A DNA stretch of 64,000 nt from Gemmatimonadota bacterium. Lineage in GTDB: Bacteria; Gemmatimonadota; Gemmatimonadetes; Gemmatimonadales; Gemmatimonadaceae. Below the pieces are notes generated by a model that worked only from the letters and a program-made list of their open reading frames with translations, was not told the DNA's origin and did not search any database. Of the stretch, positions 19,287 through 31,943 are shown piece by piece. The first letter of the stretch is position 1. Every line of letters starts with the position of its first letter. The stretch lies in NCBI GenBank assembly GCA_031372565.1, contig JANMLN010000054.1:55063-119062 (forward strand). Direction: 5' to 3'. The translations under genes and the position numbers were made by a program.

Positions 19287-20093
19287 ATGAAGCTTGCCGC
19301 ACTCTTCACCGCAGGAGTCCTCTCGTTTGCCGCTACGACGCTGTCGGCGCAAACGGATGTTTCCCCCGACCTCAGCACCGGAATCGGCAGCTTCTACACC
19401 GACCGATACGATCCGGCCCTCTTCGTGGTCAACAACGGCGTGCAGGGGCGCAACAACGTCCTGCAGATCGCGATCGACCGGACGACCGACCTGGTGAACC
19501 GGCCCTCGGGGTACGGGTTCACCTTCTACAACACGCAGGGTCGCAAGACCAACGTCAACACGAGCGGCTCGTGGCTGTTCAAGTCGGACCTGTTCGTGTC
19601 GTCGAGCTGGAGCACGCCGAGTCTGGGGTTCGCCCGAACCGACATGTGGGCCACCTCCACCGATGACCCGGCGTTCACCAATCCGTCCGCGTACCCGATC
19701 GTCGGTTTCACCAACTACGGTGGCCTCGCCCGGTTCCGCGGCTACGACATCAACACCGGCAACTGGATCAACTTCTCGAACACCGTGAACTTCGGTGCCT
19801 GGAATTCCCTTGAAATGCGCTACGACGCCAACACGACGTCGCTGAGCTATCTCGTGAACGGTTCCTTGGCTGCCACGCTGAACGACGCCAACGCATCGAC
19901 CGGCGTCGCCAACGTCATGTACCAGGCCTACAACTTCAACGATCCGAACCTCGGCGTGTCGGGCAACGCCGACTACACCGTGAACTGGTCGAACACGGAA
20001 GTCGTGCCTGAGCCGTCGACCTACGCGCTGATGGCAACCGGCCTCTCCTTCGTGGGCGCCCTGCGTCGCCGTCGTCGCGTCGTCGCGAAGTAA
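19287..20093 (+). CDS. PEP-CTERM sorting-domain surface protein
   Basis: Signal peptide; C-terminal VPEPSTYALMATGL + TM helix + RRRRR. Confidence 0.93.
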   Translation: MKLAALFTAGVLSFAATTLSAQTDVSPDLSTGIGSFYTDRYDPALFVVNNGVQGRNNVLQIAIDRTTDLVNRPSGYGFTFYNTQGRKTNVNTSGSWLFKSDLFVSSSWSTPSLGFARTDMWATSTDDPAFTNPSAYPIVGFTNYGGLARFRGYDINTGNWINFSNTVNFGAWNSLEMRYDANTTSLSYLVNGSLAATLNDANASTGVANVMYQAYNFNDPNLGVSGNADYTVNWSNTEVVPEPSTYALMATGLSFVGALRRRRRVVAK

Positions 20094-20124
20094 GCACGCA
20101 CGCTGCACCTCGCACGGTACGATC

Positions 20125-20157
20125 ATCGCCCCTTGGTCTTCGCGACCAGGGGGCGAT
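20125..20157 (+). terminator. Stem-loop, likely terminator between convergent genes
   Basis: atcgccccttggtc-ttcgc-gaccagggggcgat hairpin just after the PEP-CTERM stop; U-tract weak. Confidence 0.6.
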
Positions 20158-20199
20158 CCTCGTTTCCACGTCCGGCCAACCAGCCGCGTCTGCCTTCGA

Positions 20200-20721
20200 T
20201 CATCCCGGCTGTTCGCGGCGGTACCCCCACCGCCATACGGTGCCAGCGTCAGGGTCCTGAGCCTCGCCAACCAGCTTGAGCCCGACCTTCTCGAGAATGC
20301 GTGTCGAGGCGTTCCGCTCCGGCAGCGTCAGCGCAACAACCTCTCGAACCGCCTCCGAAGAGATCGCTCGCCTCACCAGTTCGGTGGCCATGGCGGTCGC
20401 GTAGCCCCGGCCCTCGAACTCAGGAAAGGTGAAATAGGCGATCTCGACCGCGCCATCCTCCCCCGGACCATGCGCGAACCCGCAGGTACCGACCACCAAC
20501 GCCAGCTCGCTATCGACCACGAGGTAACCGCCCCACTCTGGCGCGCGGGGCACGTTGGCGAACAGCGCCAAGGTCTGCGACACCACCTCACGGAGCACCG
20601 GCAGGTTCTCGCCAAGGGATGCGCCATAGGCGCTGGCGAAACTGTCGGACGGTTCCGCGATGATCCGATGCAGCCTCTCGTCGACGTTCAGCAGTCCAAC
20701 CGATCGCACGCTGTGCCTCAT
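20200..20721 (-). CDS. GNAT (RimJ/RimL-like) N-acetyltransferase
   Basis: VEIAY, GRGYAT, NASTRILEKVG. Confidence 0.88.
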   Translation of the reverse strand: MRHSVRSVGLLNVDERLHRIIAEPSDSFASAYGASLGENLPVLREVVSQTLALFANVPRAPEWGGYLVVDSELALVVGTCGFAHGPGEDGAVEIAYFTFPEFEGRGYATAMATELVRRAISSEAVREVVALTLPERNASTRILEKVGLKLVGEAQDPDAGTVWRWGYRREQPG

Positions 20722-22589
20722 CACGCCAGAAACTCGCCCAGTTCCGCTTCGCTCAGCTGCGCGACAAGCTCCCGGCCATGGTCGTACCCCTTGCCGGCAA
20801 TCGCATCGAAGGAGCGCCAGTCCAGCAGGCTGTAGCGGCTCACATCAGGATTGAAGTACAAGTCCATGTACCGCTTGGTCTCGGTGCGCCGAGCCGAGCT
20901 GTACAGGAGCATTGAGTTGATCATGATCGCGACCAGCGAGGGTACGCGGTACTTCTTCTGATGCTTGGAGCGAAACCGGTCGCGAAGCAGCGACATGGGG
21001 CGCGGCATTTCCGTGAAGTTCAACTTGCGCGGCTTGTCGATCACCAGATCGACGCCGATCACCTTGCCCACGCCCAACCGGCTCATCACGTCGGCTGGAA
21101 AATTGTTGAACGTGCCTCCGTCGACCAGGAGATCATCGCCATCGACCACTGGCGGAAAGACCCCCGGAATCGCCGTGGTCGCCCGCAGGTACTTGATGAG
21201 CGGGCCGCGCGTGTGAACGACCTCCCGCGCTTGCGAGAAGTTGCTCGACACCATGAACAGCGTCCGCCAGCTGTCCTCGATGTCGGGTTCCTCGCGCCCC
21301 AGAAACTCCCGGACGGAGTTGCTGATCATCTGCTGCATCCGCACCCCGCGAATCAGCGAGACCAGAGGGATCCAGTTGTAGTCCTTGGTCGGGTTGTACA
21401 GCGCGCCCTTCTTCATGGTCTGTGCGACGCGGTCGGCGGGCTTGTCGTACGAGATCGCAGCCGCCACGACGGCACCGATGCTCGTTCCTCCCACATAATC
21501 GATCGGGATACCGGCCTCTTCGAGTGCCTTCAACACGCCGATGTGCGCGAACCCCTTCGCTCCGCCGCCAGCCAGCACCAGCCCGATCGCGTTGCCGCTC
21601 AGGATCCGGGCCAGCCGGCCCATGTCGCGGGCGAGCCCCTGCCGGATGTGATAGTGGGCCTTCATGCCGGGCCGATGCCGCAGCCATGCGGCCGTCCCGT
21701 GCGGCGACGCGGTATCGGCCGGGTGCACCAGCACCAGCACCTCGGCCGCACCCAGCTGCCGCTTCCACGACTGGTATTCCGACTCCAGCTCGCTCAACTC
21801 GGGCGATTCGCGGGTGTCGGCGAGGAACAGGATCTCATCGGCCTGCCGCAAGCACCGGCGCGTCCATTCCGTCATGGTGCGGTCCGCCACGTACACCAGG
21901 AACTCGTGCTGCGACTCGATGTCATCCAGCCAGCGTGTCAGCTCGCGGTACGTCGCGCTGTCGCTCTTCTCGGCTTGCGCCAGCCCTGGACGGCCGCGGG
22001 CAGCGTCGACCGACGCGCTCGATGCCACGTAGATCGCACCCCGCTTGGCGAGGAGCGGCTGCAGTTGCTCCACGAAGTCGGCCAGCGGAATGGTGTCGTG
22101 CACCGCGAACAGGCAGATGTTGACCGGCTTCTTGATCGGCTTGCGCGGATTCTGCGCCGTCTGCAGGCGGTTGATGATGAGCCTGGTGACGTTCATGGCG
22201 ACACCAGGATACGCCGCAATGACCTCCTCGAACGTCTCCTTGGACAACCGCACCAGGAGACTGTCCCGGATGGCCACGATGGTGGCACTGCGAGGCGCCT
22301 CCGTGAACACCGCCATCTCGCCGACCGTCTCTCCCCGCACGATCTCCCCGATCACCTTCGGCTGACCATCCGCATCGGTGATGAGCGCCTTCAAGCGGCC
22401 ACTGATCACGAAGTAGAGCGTGGTGTCGATGTCATGCTGGCGAAAGAGGGTTTCGCCCCCGCCAAGCTCCACCCACTCCAGCTTGGGCTCGATCAACGAC
22501 AGCATGGTCTCGTCGAACTCACCGAAGATCCGGGTGAGGTTGCTGATCAACAGTTCATGCTGTCCGTGCTGCGAGTGCGATTCCAGCAT
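20721..22589 (-). CDS. cNMP-binding domain + patatin-like phospholipase (NTE family)
   Basis: cNMP motif GETVGEMA...PRSAT; patatin GGGAKG, GTSIG, DGG; start chosen at MLESH. Confidence 0.92.
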   Translation of the reverse strand: MLESHSQHGQHELLISNLTRIFGEFDETMLSLIEPKLEWVELGGGETLFRQHDIDTTLYFVISGRLKALITDADGQPKVIGEIVRGETVGEMAVFTEAPRSATIVAIRDSLLVRLSKETFEEVIAAYPGVAMNVTRLIINRLQTAQNPRKPIKKPVNICLFAVHDTIPLADFVEQLQPLLAKRGAIYVASSASVDAARGRPGLAQAEKSDSATYRELTRWLDDIESQHEFLVYVADRTMTEWTRRCLRQADEILFLADTRESPELSELESEYQSWKRQLGAAEVLVLVHPADTASPHGTAAWLRHRPGMKAHYHIRQGLARDMGRLARILSGNAIGLVLAGGGAKGFAHIGVLKALEEAGIPIDYVGGTSIGAVVAAAISYDKPADRVAQTMKKGALYNPTKDYNWIPLVSLIRGVRMQQMISNSVREFLGREEPDIEDSWRTLFMVSSNFSQAREVVHTRGPLIKYLRATTAIPGVFPPVVDGDDLLVDGGTFNNFPADVMSRLGVGKVIGVDLVIDKPRKLNFTEMPRPMSLLRDRFRSKHQKKYRVPSLVAIMINSMLLYSSARRTETKRYMDLYFNPDVSRYSLLDWRSFDAIAGKGYDHGRELVAQLSEAELGEFLA

Positions 22590-22671
22590 GCGGGATGGTC
22601 GGGAGTTGTCGGATTGGTCGAGCGGCTGCCGCGGGGATGGCCGCTCGGGTGGGTACGGCGGTGGCGTCACG

Positions 22672-23598
22672 TCACGGCGCAAAGCCGGGCGGCATGCGCG
22701 TTGCCCCACCTGGAGCCGCGAACCGTTGAATCAATGACGCCTGTGCGGGATAGGCGGCGAGCAGTTCGGTCGCGACGCCGGCCTCGAAGCAGTCACCGGT
22801 GAATCCCGGCGCCATGGTGCAACCGAAGAGCGCATAGCGTCCTCCGGGGACCAGGCCGCCTGCTTGCCAGACCCCGGCAGGCACGACGTACTGCACCACC
22901 TGTCCCGCGTGTGGATCCGTGCCCATCACAACCGTCTCGTACCGGCCATCGGCGTGCAGCAGGTGGAGCGTGAACGGATCGCCGGCATAGGCGTGCCACA
23001 CTTCCTCGTGCGTGAGCCGGTGCAGGCAGGAGATGCTCTCCGGGCTGTTCGCGTACATGCCGATCATCGCCGTGCCGGCAGGCGTGCCACGAGCGTCGTC
23101 ATGCGTCGATCGCCACGTGCTGCGATACAACGTGCCCTCGACCGGCAGGCGATCGAAGCGATAGTGCCGGAGCATGGCGACCGTGTCGGCGTGGATCGAT
23201 TGGCCGTCGAATCGTGCGAGATCGATCACGTCGATGATCGCGTCGAGATTGATGGGGCCGTAGCAGTGAGGAAAGAGGTCGCTCGCGCGTGGATCGGGAC
23301 GGGATGATTCCGGTGACGCCGAGGGGTGCAGCGGAGCCGGAGCCTCGTAGACCAGCGGCGCCGTGAGCAGCGTCGGGTCGACGATGAGCAGCACGAGATC
23401 GGGAACGCCGTCGAAGTAGGCACGCGCGGTGGGCAGCACCTGATGCCCCCGCGAGAGGTGAATGAACCCCTCGTTGTCCAGGCTGTCCGCGCGATAGGCG
23501 TCGGTGCTGCGAGCCTCGGCCCACGCGGCACGCGAGCAGATGTGGAAGACGGCAGTCTCGCGGGGTGCATCCGCCCGTGCATCAGTGCTCGCGATCAT
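22672..23598 (-). CDS. DUF952 + cupin_5 (DUF985) fusion protein
   Basis: N-half EGFIHLS and FPHCYGPIN (DUF952); C-half [32 protein letters not shown] (cupin_5). Confidence 0.85.
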   Translation of the reverse strand: MIASTDARADAPRETAVFHICSRAAWAEARSTDAYRADSLDNEGFIHLSRGHQVLPTARAYFDGVPDLVLLIVDPTLLTAPLVYEAPAPLHPSASPESSRPDPRASDLFPHCYGPINLDAIIDVIDLARFDGQSIHADTVAMLRHYRFDRLPVEGTLYRSTWRSTHDDARGTPAGTAMIGMYANSPESISCLHRLTHEEVWHAYAGDPFTLHLLHADGRYETVVMGTDPHAGQVVQYVVPAGVWQAGGLVPGGRYALFGCTMAPGFTGDCFEAGVATELLAAYPAQASLIQRFAAPGGATRMPPGFAP

Positions 23599-25184
23599 CG
23601 GGCGCCGGTCATCACGTAGGTCGCACTCGTGGGTGTGGCACCTGCCGTCCGACGCAGTCGCCCGTTAGCCGCCAGATGTTCGAGAAGCTTGAACACCGTC
23701 TCGGCGTGCTCGGCAAGACCCGCCGCGGCAGCCACCTGCTCGGCCGTGCGTGGTGTCGGCGTGGCCCGCAAAGCGGCGAGCACGCCGTGCTGCATGGTGA
23801 GCACCGCCGTCGCCGCCTTCTTGCCCGCCTCGACCCCCGGCTGATGGTAGGCGTTCACATTCACCAGTGAGGCGTACAAGCCCACCGCACGCTCGTACAG
23901 GGCGATCAGCGCCCCCACCGACCGTGGGCTCACATCCGGCAGCGTCAGGGTCATCGACTCGCGGTCGTTCTGATGCATCGCCTCGCGCGTGCCGAGCATG
24001 AAGCCGAGCAGGTAGTCACCCGCTGTCACGTCCGGCTCGACGTCCAGTGCGGGTCCCTGCTGATCGGCCAGCACGTCAACGAAGGTGAGAAAGAAGTTGT
24101 GCACGCCGTCGCGGAGCTGCTGCACGTACGCGTGCTGATCGGTCGATCCCTTGTTGCCGTACACGGCAATGCCCTGATGCACCACGGCGCCCGACAGATC
24201 GCGCTCCTTGCCCAGCGACTCCATGACCAACTGCTGGAGGTAGCGCGAGAAGAGCAGCAGGCGATCCTTGTAGGGCAGGACCACCATGTCCTTCGTGCCG
24301 CGACCGCCGCCGGCGTGATACCACATCAGCGCCAGCAGCGCGGCAGGATTCGCGGCCACCGTGGTCGTCCGCGTCGCCACGTCCATCAGGCGTGCCCCGT
24401 CGATCAATGCACGGATGTCGATGCCCTGCAGTGCGGCCGGCAACAGGCCGACAGCCGAGAAGACCGAGGTGCGACCACCCACCCAGTCCCACATCGGGAA
24501 CCTCGCCAGCCAGCCACCGGCCGTCGCGACGCGGTCGAGTTCGCTTCCATCACCCGTGACGGCGACGGCGTGTTTCGCGAAACTGAGGCCGGCCGTTCGG
24601 TACGCCGCATCGGCAAACAGCATCCCGTTGCGCGTCTCCTTGGTGCCACCCGACTTGGAGATGACCAGCGTCAGCGTGGTGGCGAGCCGGTCACCAAGGC
24701 GCTCGATCACGCGCGCCATGCCGTCGGGGTCGGTGTTGTCGAAGAAGTGCGGCGCGAGCTTGTCCGCGCCCGTGCCCAGTGCATCGGCGATGAACTGCGG
24801 TCCGAGTGCCGAGCCGCCGATCCCGATCACCAACACCTGCTCGAAGCGGGCGCCACGCTCGGCGCAGATGGCACCACTGTGCACCGCTGCCGCGAACTGC
24901 TGGATGCGCTCCAGCGTGCTCGTGATCGCGGAGCGCAGGGCCGGCTCCGGCGCCAGCTCGGGCGCACGCAGCCAGTAGTGGCCGACCATGCGCCCTTCAT
25001 CCGGATTCGCGATGGCGCCGGCCTCGAGCGACTGCATCGCCGCAAACGCCGTGGCCATCGGAGCGGCCATGCGGTCCGCGAAGTCATCGGCGAAGCGCAT
25101 GCGCGAAATGTCGAGCGACATCCCGAGCGACTCGATGACGCAGAGATGGGCGCGGTAGCGCTCCCAGAGTTCGAGCGTGTTCAT
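23595..25184 (-). CDS. pgi: Glucose-6-phosphate isomerase
   Basis: [43 protein letters not shown]; start at MNTLELW. Confidence 0.97.
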   Translation of the reverse strand: MNTLELWERYRAHLCVIESLGMSLDISRMRFADDFADRMAAPMATAFAAMQSLEAGAIANPDEGRMVGHYWLRAPELAPEPALRSAITSTLERIQQFAAAVHSGAICAERGARFEQVLVIGIGGSALGPQFIADALGTGADKLAPHFFDNTDPDGMARVIERLGDRLATTLTLVISKSGGTKETRNGMLFADAAYRTAGLSFAKHAVAVTGDGSELDRVATAGGWLARFPMWDWVGGRTSVFSAVGLLPAALQGIDIRALIDGARLMDVATRTTTVAANPAALLALMWYHAGGGRGTKDMVVLPYKDRLLLFSRYLQQLVMESLGKERDLSGAVVHQGIAVYGNKGSTDQHAYVQQLRDGVHNFFLTFVDVLADQQGPALDVEPDVTAGDYLLGFMLGTREAMHQNDRESMTLTLPDVSPRSVGALIALYERAVGLYASLVNVNAYHQPGVEAGKKAATAVLTMQHGVLAALRATPTPRTAEQVAAAAGLAEHAETVFKLLEHLAANGRLRRTAGATPTSATYVMTGAR

Positions 25185-25312
25185 GGCAGCTCCTTGGCAC
25201 TGGCCACCACGGCATCGGTGGTGAAGCCGAAGTTGGCCAGTCGTTGTTGACGGAGGCAGAACGCTACCACGATGCGCGTCCGGCTGCTCCTCGAACAGTT
25301 CCCGGCAGGGCC

Positions 25313-28300
25313 CTACGGCACCGCCCCTCCCAGCGCGCGACTGTACTGCCGTCGCAGCACCAGCCACTGCGCCTCGAGATCCACCTTCCGCGCCAGCACC
25401 CCCGCCAACGGTCTCCCCTCGGCGCTCCCCGACCCGTACCCCCCGTCGCCGACCAGCGCGTTGTACAGCGCGCCATAGTGCGCGAGCAGACGCGCGGGCG
25501 CGACGGTGCTCGGGGGCGTGGCCCGCGCAACAAGCGCACGCTCGATCGCGCTCATCGAGTCGCGCTGCGCAGCCGGCAGCGCCCGGATGGCCGCCACGAT
25601 CTCGTTGATCGCCGTGATCGTATCACGCACCGCGCGCGCCGAACGGAACTGCGCGTCGTAGTCCGCCTGCGTGATCGACGGTGCCGCCGGATTCCCGATG
25701 ATCGTCAATGTGCGCGTCCGTACCACGCTGTCGGCGGTGAGGCGCACGGCGTATCGGCCGGGCGGCAGCTTGACCCCTTCGCCACTGAATCCGGAGGTGC
25801 CGTTCCGCGGGCCCTCCGTCCTGAGGTCCCATTCGACGCGCTGGAACCCTGCGCTGCTGCGCAGCTTCGCCGTGCCATTGGCGCGCGCCGCCGCGCTGTC
25901 GCTGTCGAAGCGCCGCACCACCGCGTTCAGCGAGTCCATTATCTCGACACCGACGCGCTTGGCCGCGCTCGGCAGCACGAAGTTGATCAGGGCGCCGTCG
26001 GGCAGGTCGTCGGGCTTGGTGAGATCCACTTCGCGGAGCGGCTCGCCGACCGTACCGCGTGCCGCGGGGCGAGGCGTGTACAGTCGCACGGCCACCGCGC
26101 GATCGCGCGCAACTTCCCGCAGCGGCGTGAGATCGTCGAGCACCCAGAACGAGCGGCCCTGCGTCGACAGCACCAGGTCACCACGATGCACCTTCATGTC
26201 GGTCACCGGGGTCACGGGCAGGTTGAGCTGCAGCGGCTGCCAGCGCACGCCATCGTCGAACGAGACGTACGCGCCGAACTCGGTGCCGGCGTAGAGCAGG
26301 CCGCGCTGCACATCGTCTTCGCGGACCACGCGCACGAAATGGCGCGCCGGGATGCCGTTGGTTCCATCGGCAATGCGGCGCCAGGTGGCCCCGAAGTCGT
26401 CCGTCCGGAAGACGTACGGCGTGAAGTCGTCCTCACGGTACCGCTGCACCGTCACGAACGCGCGCCCGGGCGCATGCGGCGAGAGGGTGATCCGATTCAC
26501 GGTGCCACGTGCCGGCATGCCGGGTGGCGTGATCTTTCGCCAGGTCGCGCCATCATCCCGCGTGATCTGCACGAGCCCGTCATCGGTGCCGACCCAGATG
26601 GTGCGCGTATCGGTCAATGACGGCGCCACCGCGAAGATGGTCGTGAACACTTCGACCCCCGTGTGATCCGGCGTGATCGGGCCGCCGGGCCACTGCTGAA
26701 ACGTGGGATCGTTCGTCGTGAGATCGGGGGACATGCGCGTCCACGCCGTGCCACCGTCGCGGCTCCGATAGAGGTACTGGCTGGCGTGGTACAGCGTGCG
26801 CGGCTCCAGGGGCGACACGACAATCGGTGCCACCCACTGCCAGCGATTCGTCATCTCGGCCGGCGCCAGGCTCGTCGCTTCCGGCCACCCCTTCACCGAG
26901 ATGCGCGTGTCGGTGGCCAGCTCGTAGCGATTGATGGCGCCGCCATAGCAGCCGCCCCAGATGGTGCCCGGGTGGTCGGGATGGACGGCCACCGGCCCCG
27001 TCTCACATCCCGCGCCGTAACCCCATTCCTGCTGCGGCCGCAGCGAATTGTGCAGCCGGCGCTGCAGCACGCTGATCGCCGTGTTGTCCTGCTGTGATCC
27101 ATAGATGCGATACGGATACTGATTGTCCACCTGCACGTCGTACAACTCCGCCGTGGGCTGGTTGTACATCGACGAGAAGGTGCGGCCGTCATTCAGCGTC
27201 ACGGTGGTGCCGCCGTCGTCCGAGACGGCGAAGATCGACGGGTTCACCGGGTTGATCCAGATATCGTGCACATCGCCGTGTGGCACAGGCACCACGTCGA
27301 AGCGCGCGCCGGCATCCTCCGACCGGAGCGCCGCCACGTTGAGCACGTACACACGATCACGATTCCGCGGATCGGCGCGGACATGTCCATAGTAGAACGG
27401 CCGGCCACGCACGCGCGATTCGCTGTTCACGCGCGTCCACGTGGTACCGCGATCATCGGACCGATACAGCCCCCCGTCCGGCTCGGCTTCGATGAGCACC
27501 CAGAGACGGCTCGGATCGGCGGGCGACTGTGTCACCTGCACCTTGCCGACCATCCCCGTGGGCAGCCCGCCGCCAACCTTGGTCCACGAGTCGCCGCCAT
27601 CCCGTGAGCGATAGAGCCCACCCTCCGGTCCGCCCGAGATGAGCGTCCACGGCTTCCGCTCGGCGCGCCACATGCCGGCCCACAGTTCACGCGGATCATC
27701 CGGGCTCATCACGATCGAGACGCCACCGGTGCTGTCGTTGAGCGCCAGCACATGCTGCCACGTCGTGCCACCGTCGCGCGTGCGGAAGATGCCACGCTCG
27801 CTGTTCCGTCCGAACGGATGACCGAGCGCGGCCACGAACACTTCGTCCGGGTTCGCCGGATGCACCACCAGCTTGCCGATCGCGCCCGCTTCGCGCAGGC
27901 CGACAAAGCGCCAGCTCCGCCCCGCATCGATGGACTTCCAGACGCCGGTGCCCGTCGAGACGTTGCCGCGAATCGAGGCGCTGCCGGTGCCCACGTAGAT
28001 CGTGTTCGGGTCGCTGTCCGCGACATCTATGGCGCCGATATTCCCGTTGTCGAGGTATCGATCCGTGATCGGTGTCCAGTGCGTGCCGGCATCGTCGCTC
28101 TTCCAGACGCCGCCGCCGGTCGTGCCCATGTAGAACAGGTGTGGCTGGCTTGCGACCCCCGTGACCGCCGTGGCCCGACCGCCCCGGAAGGGACCCACCA
28201 TCCGGTAGCGCATGCCGCCAAAGAGCGCGCTGTCGACGCTGGCTGGCGGCACGGCGCTCGCCGGGCGCGTGGCCGCTCGCTGCGCCTGGTGCGTTGACGG

Positions 28301-28357
28301 CAGCAACAACGTGAGGAGCAGCCCTGCGGAATGCCTGGCGATCGGTGTGAACTTCAC
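25313..28357 (-). CDS. Secreted VPS10/BNR (Asp-box) repeat protein, glycosyl-hydrolase-like
   Basis: Repeated S/T-x-D-x-G-x-T-W boxes; GPFRGGR; signal peptide from GTG 28357. Confidence 0.88.
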   Translation of the reverse strand: MKFTPIARHSAGLLLTLLLPSTHQAQRAATRPASAVPPASVDSALFGGMRYRMVGPFRGGRATAVTGVASQPHLFYMGTTGGGVWKSDDAGTHWTPITDRYLDNGNIGAIDVADSDPNTIYVGTGSASIRGNVSTGTGVWKSIDAGRSWRFVGLREAGAIGKLVVHPANPDEVFVAALGHPFGRNSERGIFRTRDGGTTWQHVLALNDSTGGVSIVMSPDDPRELWAGMWRAERKPWTLISGGPEGGLYRSRDGGDSWTKVGGGLPTGMVGKVQVTQSPADPSRLWVLIEAEPDGGLYRSDDRGTTWTRVNSESRVRGRPFYYGHVRADPRNRDRVYVLNVAALRSEDAGARFDVVPVPHGDVHDIWINPVNPSIFAVSDDGGTTVTLNDGRTFSSMYNQPTAELYDVQVDNQYPYRIYGSQQDNTAISVLQRRLHNSLRPQQEWGYGAGCETGPVAVHPDHPGTIWGGCYGGAINRYELATDTRISVKGWPEATSLAPAEMTNRWQWVAPIVVSPLEPRTLYHASQYLYRSRDGGTAWTRMSPDLTTNDPTFQQWPGGPITPDHTGVEVFTTIFAVAPSLTDTRTIWVGTDDGLVQITRDDGATWRKITPPGMPARGTVNRITLSPHAPGRAFVTVQRYREDDFTPYVFRTDDFGATWRRIADGTNGIPARHFVRVVREDDVQRGLLYAGTEFGAYVSFDDGVRWQPLQLNLPVTPVTDMKVHRGDLVLSTQGRSFWVLDDLTPLREVARDRAVAVRLYTPRPAARGTVGEPLREVDLTKPDDLPDGALINFVLPSAAKRVGVEIMDSLNAVVRRFDSDSAAARANGTAKLRSSAGFQRVEWDLRTEGPRNGTSGFSGEGVKLPPGRYAVRLTADSVVRTRTLTIIGNPAAPSITQADYDAQFRSARAVRDTITAINEIVAAIRALPAAQRDSMSAIERALVARATPPSTVAPARLLAHYGALYNALVGDGGYGSGSAEGRPLAGVLARKVDLEAQWLVLRRQYSRALGGAVP

Positions 28358-28548
28358 GGTGAGTCCCCGGTGGGTCTGGCGCGCTGAATCGGTCGGTTGA
28401 CGCGTCGAGGATGTTGCGTCAGAACGTCCCGTCGCGCAACGGGACGGCGATGGTGTACACTGGCGTGAGGGGTGGTAGCGGAGCGCCGGCGCCACCCCAT
28501 CGACGCACCATAGCGACCAACGCGACCCGCTAGCTTTGCCTCTCGACC

Positions 28549-30342
28549 ATGCCTCGCGATCCCCTCAGCATCCTCCAGTCCGTCTTCGGCTATCCGGCCT
28601 TTCGTGGCCATCAAGCCGAGGTGATTGATCACGTCACCGGCGGCGGCGACGCGCTGGTGCTGATGCCGACCGGCAGCGGCAAGTCGCTCTGTTATCAGGT
28701 GCCGTCGCTGGTGCGCGACGGCGTCGGGGTGATCATCTCCCCCCTCATCGCGCTCATGCAGGACCAGGTCGCCGCGCTCGCCGAGCTGGGAGTGAAAGCG
28801 GCGTTCCTGAACTCGACCCTGAGCGCCGCCGACGCGGCGCGCACCGAACAGATGGTGCGCAACGGCGAGCTCGACATGGTGTACATCGCGCCCGAGCGGC
28901 TGCTGACCGAGCGGTGCCTGTCGCTGCTGGAGCGCAGCCCGATCGCCCTGTTTGCCATCGACGAAGCGCATTGCGTCTCGCAGTGGGGGCACGACTTTCG
29001 CCCGGAGTACATCCAGCTCTCGGTGCTGCACGAGCGGTTTCCGCAGGTGCCGCGCATCGCGCTCACGGCCACGGCCGACCGCCAGACGCGCGCCGAGATC
29101 GTGCTGCGCCTCCAGTTGGAAGGTGCACGGATCTTCCGCACGAGCGTGGATCGGCCGAACATCCGCTATCGCGTGATCGAGAAGCAGACCGCCCGCACGC
29201 AGCTCCTGCATTTCTTGCGCACCGAGCACGACGGCGACGCCGGCATCGTGTACTGCCTCTCGCGCAAGAAGGTGGACGAGACCGCGCAGTACCTGGTGAC
29301 GCAGGGCATCACCGCCCTGCCGTACCATGCCGGCATGAGCGCCGATGCGCGACAGAAGCATCAGGCCCGGTTCCAGCGCGAAGATGGCGTGGTCATGGTC
29401 GCGACCATCGCGTTCGGCATGGGTATCGACAAGCCCGATGTGCGCTTCGTGGCGCATCTCGATCTGCCAAAGAGCCTCGAGGGCTACTATCAGGAGACCG
29501 GACGAGCCGGACGTGACGGACTGCCGGCCAACGCCTGGATGGCGTACGGGCTGCAGGACGTCGTCCAGCTGCGCCGCATGATCGAGGAGTCGGAGGCGGA
29601 CGCCGAGTACAAGCGCGTGCAGGTCGCCAAGCTCGACGCGATGCTTGCCTTCTGCGAAAACACCGACTGCCGGCGCGTGCGCCTGCTCGCCTACTTCGGT
29701 GAGCAGGGAGCGCCCTGCAACAACTGTGACACCTGCCTCACGCCGCCGTCGTCAGTCGACGGCACCGTCCCGATGCAGCAGCTGCTCTCCTGCATCGCGC
29801 GCACGGGGCAGCGCTTTGGCGCGATGCATGTCATCGATGTCCTGCTCGGCGCCGAAACGGACAAGGTGCTGCACTGGCGTCACACGGAGCTGAGCACCTT
29901 CGGCATCGGGCGCGAACGCTCGGCGCAAGAATGGCGCGCGATCATCCGGCAGGGGATTGCGGGTGGCCTGATCATGGTGGATCACGAGCAGTACGGCGGA
30001 CTGCGCCTCACGGCGGCGAGCCGAGACGTGCTCAAGGGCGCGCAACGCGTACCACTGCGCGAATGGCGGAAAGCCGAGCGCGTGAAGAAGGCCAAGCCCA
30101 CCGCGGTCGTGGCCGATGACGTGTCGTCGGATGACGTGGCGCTGTTCGATCAGCTGCGAGCGTGGCGCCGCGACACCGCGCTCGCCCATGGCGTGCCGGC
30201 CTACGTGATCTTCCACGACGCGACGCTCAAGGAGATCGCCCGTGTCCGGCCCTCGAACCTGGCCGAACTGCGCGGCATTGCCGGCGTCGGCGAGCGCAAG
30301 CTCGAGGCCTACGGATCCGAGATCGTCGACATGCTGGCGTAG
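28549..30342 (+). CDS. recQ: ATP-dependent DNA helicase RecQ
   Basis: [33 protein letters not shown], Zn-binding RQC region, HRDC domain. Confidence 0.97.
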   Translation: MPRDPLSILQSVFGYPAFRGHQAEVIDHVTGGGDALVLMPTGSGKSLCYQVPSLVRDGVGVIISPLIALMQDQVAALAELGVKAAFLNSTLSAADAARTEQMVRNGELDMVYIAPERLLTERCLSLLERSPIALFAIDEAHCVSQWGHDFRPEYIQLSVLHERFPQVPRIALTATADRQTRAEIVLRLQLEGARIFRTSVDRPNIRYRVIEKQTARTQLLHFLRTEHDGDAGIVYCLSRKKVDETAQYLVTQGITALPYHAGMSADARQKHQARFQREDGVVMVATIAFGMGIDKPDVRFVAHLDLPKSLEGYYQETGRAGRDGLPANAWMAYGLQDVVQLRRMIEESEADAEYKRVQVAKLDAMLAFCENTDCRRVRLLAYFGEQGAPCNNCDTCLTPPSSVDGTVPMQQLLSCIARTGQRFGAMHVIDVLLGAETDKVLHWRHTELSTFGIGRERSAQEWRAIIRQGIAGGLIMVDHEQYGGLRLTAASRDVLKGAQRVPLREWRKAERVKKAKPTAVVADDVSSDDVALFDQLRAWRRDTALAHGVPAYVIFHDATLKEIARVRPSNLAELRGIAGVGERKLEAYGSEIVDMLA

Positions 30343-30358
30343 GTCAGGGCGCGCTCCA

Positions 30359-31918
30359 TCACCGCCGGTTCAGCTTCGCTCCGTTCACGAACGTTGCGAT
30401 GTCGCGCGAGAGCGCCTTGAGCAGCTCCGGGTGGATGTACATCATGTGCCCCCCTTCGTAGTACTTGAGGCTCACGCGGTCCTTGTACGTGTCCTCGAAC
30501 CCGAGATGTGCGAAGGTGTGCTCGGTGGCCGCGAACGGCGTCGCCATGTCATAGTAGCCGTTGGCCACCATCACCTTGAGGAACGGGTTGCGAGCCATCG
30601 CCTGACGCAGCTCGTTCACCAGGTTCAGGTAGCGATTGTTGTACGGCGCGTAGTTCCACGGCTGCACCTGCCCCGACGTGTAGTACGGCAGGTCGGTCTC
30701 CCACTTGAGCTCGTCGCGGATGTAGTGCGAGAAGAGCGCGGTGTACGGCCCCGCGAGCGCATCGTTCGACGGGTCGGATTCCTGGAACTCCCCGGCATCA
30801 TCGGCATCGAGCCCGGTGTAGCGCCCGTCGAGCCGCCCCACGTGCACCCCGCGGTCGCGCAGCAGCTCCTTCCGGAACCGCGGGTCGCTCACGCGAAGGT
30901 TGGCCCGCAACACGAATTCGGTCGACAGCCCCGACAAGCGCGCCACCTTCTGCGCCATCGCCTGTCGTTCGGTCGCGCTCAGCGCGTTCCCCCGGTTGAG
31001 CGCAGTCAGATACTCTCCGAACGCGAAGGCACGCGACTCCGCCACCGCCTTCTTGAGGTCGCCCTGCAGCTCCGGCGGCAGCTTCTTGTGATACCAGGCG
31101 ATGGCCGTGTACGACGGGAGGAAGTTCGCGTAGGGCAGGTCGTGCCCCGCCGCGTACCCCTTGGACAGATAGTCGAGAATCGACGACACCAGCACGATGC
31201 CGTTCAGCTCCACACCGTGACGCGACTGCAGCACCTCGGCCAGCCCCGCCGAGCGCATGGTGCCGTAGCTCTCTCCCAGCAGGAACTTCGGCGAAGGCCA
31301 CCGCTTGAACTTGGTCAGGTAGAGCCGGATGAACTCCGCCACCGACTCGATGTCGCCGGTCACCCCGGTGAACTGCTTCGGGTCTTCCCCCTCAGCGGCG
31401 CGCGAGTACCCCGTCTGTACCGGATCAATCATCACGATGTCGGTGACGTCGAGCGGCGATTCGTTGTTGTTCACCAGTTCGTACGGCGGCCCCGGCTGGA
31501 ACCCCTCGGCGGCCATCTTCACCCGCTTGGGGCCCATGAGCCCCATGTGCAGCCAGATGGACGGCGACCCCGGGCCGCCGTTGTACGAGAAGGTGATCGG
31601 GCGCGTTCCCACATCCTGAGCGTCGCGCGTGTACGCCACGAAGAAGAAGTGGCCGCGTGCCTTCCCGTTGGGGTGCCGCAGCACGAGCGTGCCGGTGGTG
31701 GCCGTGTAGCGGACGTCGGCGCCGTCGATCTTCATCACGTGCGCGGTGGTGACGATCCGGTCGTCGGCACCGAGGGGCGATGCCGCCGGCATGCTCGCCG
31801 ACTGGGACGTCGATGCCGCGGTTGGCTGGCGCGGTGCGGCGGTCGGTGCCTGCGCGTTCACGACCGAGAGGCTCAGAACGGTCGTCAGCAGTGCGAGGGC
31901 GTTGCGGAGAGGTGTCAT
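30359..31918 (-). CDS. Peptidase S10 family serine carboxypeptidase
   Basis: NGGPGS, GESYG, GYYDMATP, YEGGHMMY; signal peptide from MTPLRN. Confidence 0.92.
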   Translation of the reverse strand: MTPLRNALALLTTVLSLSVVNAQAPTAAPRQPTAASTSQSASMPAASPLGADDRIVTTAHVMKIDGADVRYTATTGTLVLRHPNGKARGHFFFVAYTRDAQDVGTRPITFSYNGGPGSPSIWLHMGLMGPKRVKMAAEGFQPGPPYELVNNNESPLDVTDIVMIDPVQTGYSRAAEGEDPKQFTGVTGDIESVAEFIRLYLTKFKRWPSPKFLLGESYGTMRSAGLAEVLQSRHGVELNGIVLVSSILDYLSKGYAAGHDLPYANFLPSYTAIAWYHKKLPPELQGDLKKAVAESRAFAFGEYLTALNRGNALSATERQAMAQKVARLSGLSTEFVLRANLRVSDPRFRKELLRDRGVHVGRLDGRYTGLDADDAGEFQESDPSNDALAGPYTALFSHYIRDELKWETDLPYYTSGQVQPWNYAPYNNRYLNLVNELRQAMARNPFLKVMVANGYYDMATPFAATEHTFAHLGFEDTYKDRVSLKYYEGGHMMYIHPELLKALSRDIATFVNGAKLNRR

Positions 31919-31943
31919 TGAACCGGATGGTGACCGCGCGCCG

